This document shows positions 63,040 through 64,000 of a DNA stretch of 64,000 nucleotides, one piece after another (the stretch's first letter is position 1; every line of letters starts with the position of its first letter). A model generated the notes under the pieces. The model made no database searches. It saw only the letters and a program-made list of their open reading frames with translations, and was not told the origin of the DNA. The DNA is taken from the NCBI RefSeq assembly GCF_009914755.1, contig NC_060935.1; one strand, given 5' to 3'. Position numbers and translations under genes: made by a program. This DNA comes from the human T2T-CHM13v2.0 reference genome, Homo sapiens.

Positions 63040-64000
<961 letters not shown>

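Overview
Human (hominid) DNA from the ATP5MG-KMT2A interval of 11q23.3, identified by recognising the encoded peptides. On the + strand it holds ATP5MG (ATP5L) exons 2-3 with the 3' UTR (3189-~6100), a ~29.7 kb Alu/L2-saturated intergenic spacer, the KMT2A (MLL1) CpG-island promoter, KMT2A coding exon 1 (35815-36246), a 99-nt in-frame cassette exon (38326-38424), and ~27 kb of intron 1 ending in an HSMAR2 mariner fossil. A divergent 147-aa ATG ORF lies upstream of KMT2A on the - strand. Nearly all other ORFs in the track are Alu/L1 or GC-richness artefacts. No new multi-gene system is supported. The main observations are: (i) a 121-bp inverted copy of nearby DNA plus stuttered filler inside an L1; (ii) an old ~1.35 kb tandem duplication joined by a chimeric Alu; (iii) a cassette exon that would split the bipartite LEDGF-binding region of KMT2A; (iv) in-frame upstream ATGs and an intron read-through ORF at exon 1; (v) a possible ~3 kb excess over GRCh38, based on recalled and unverified coordinates. 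Repeat boundaries and subfamilies were called by eye and are approximate.
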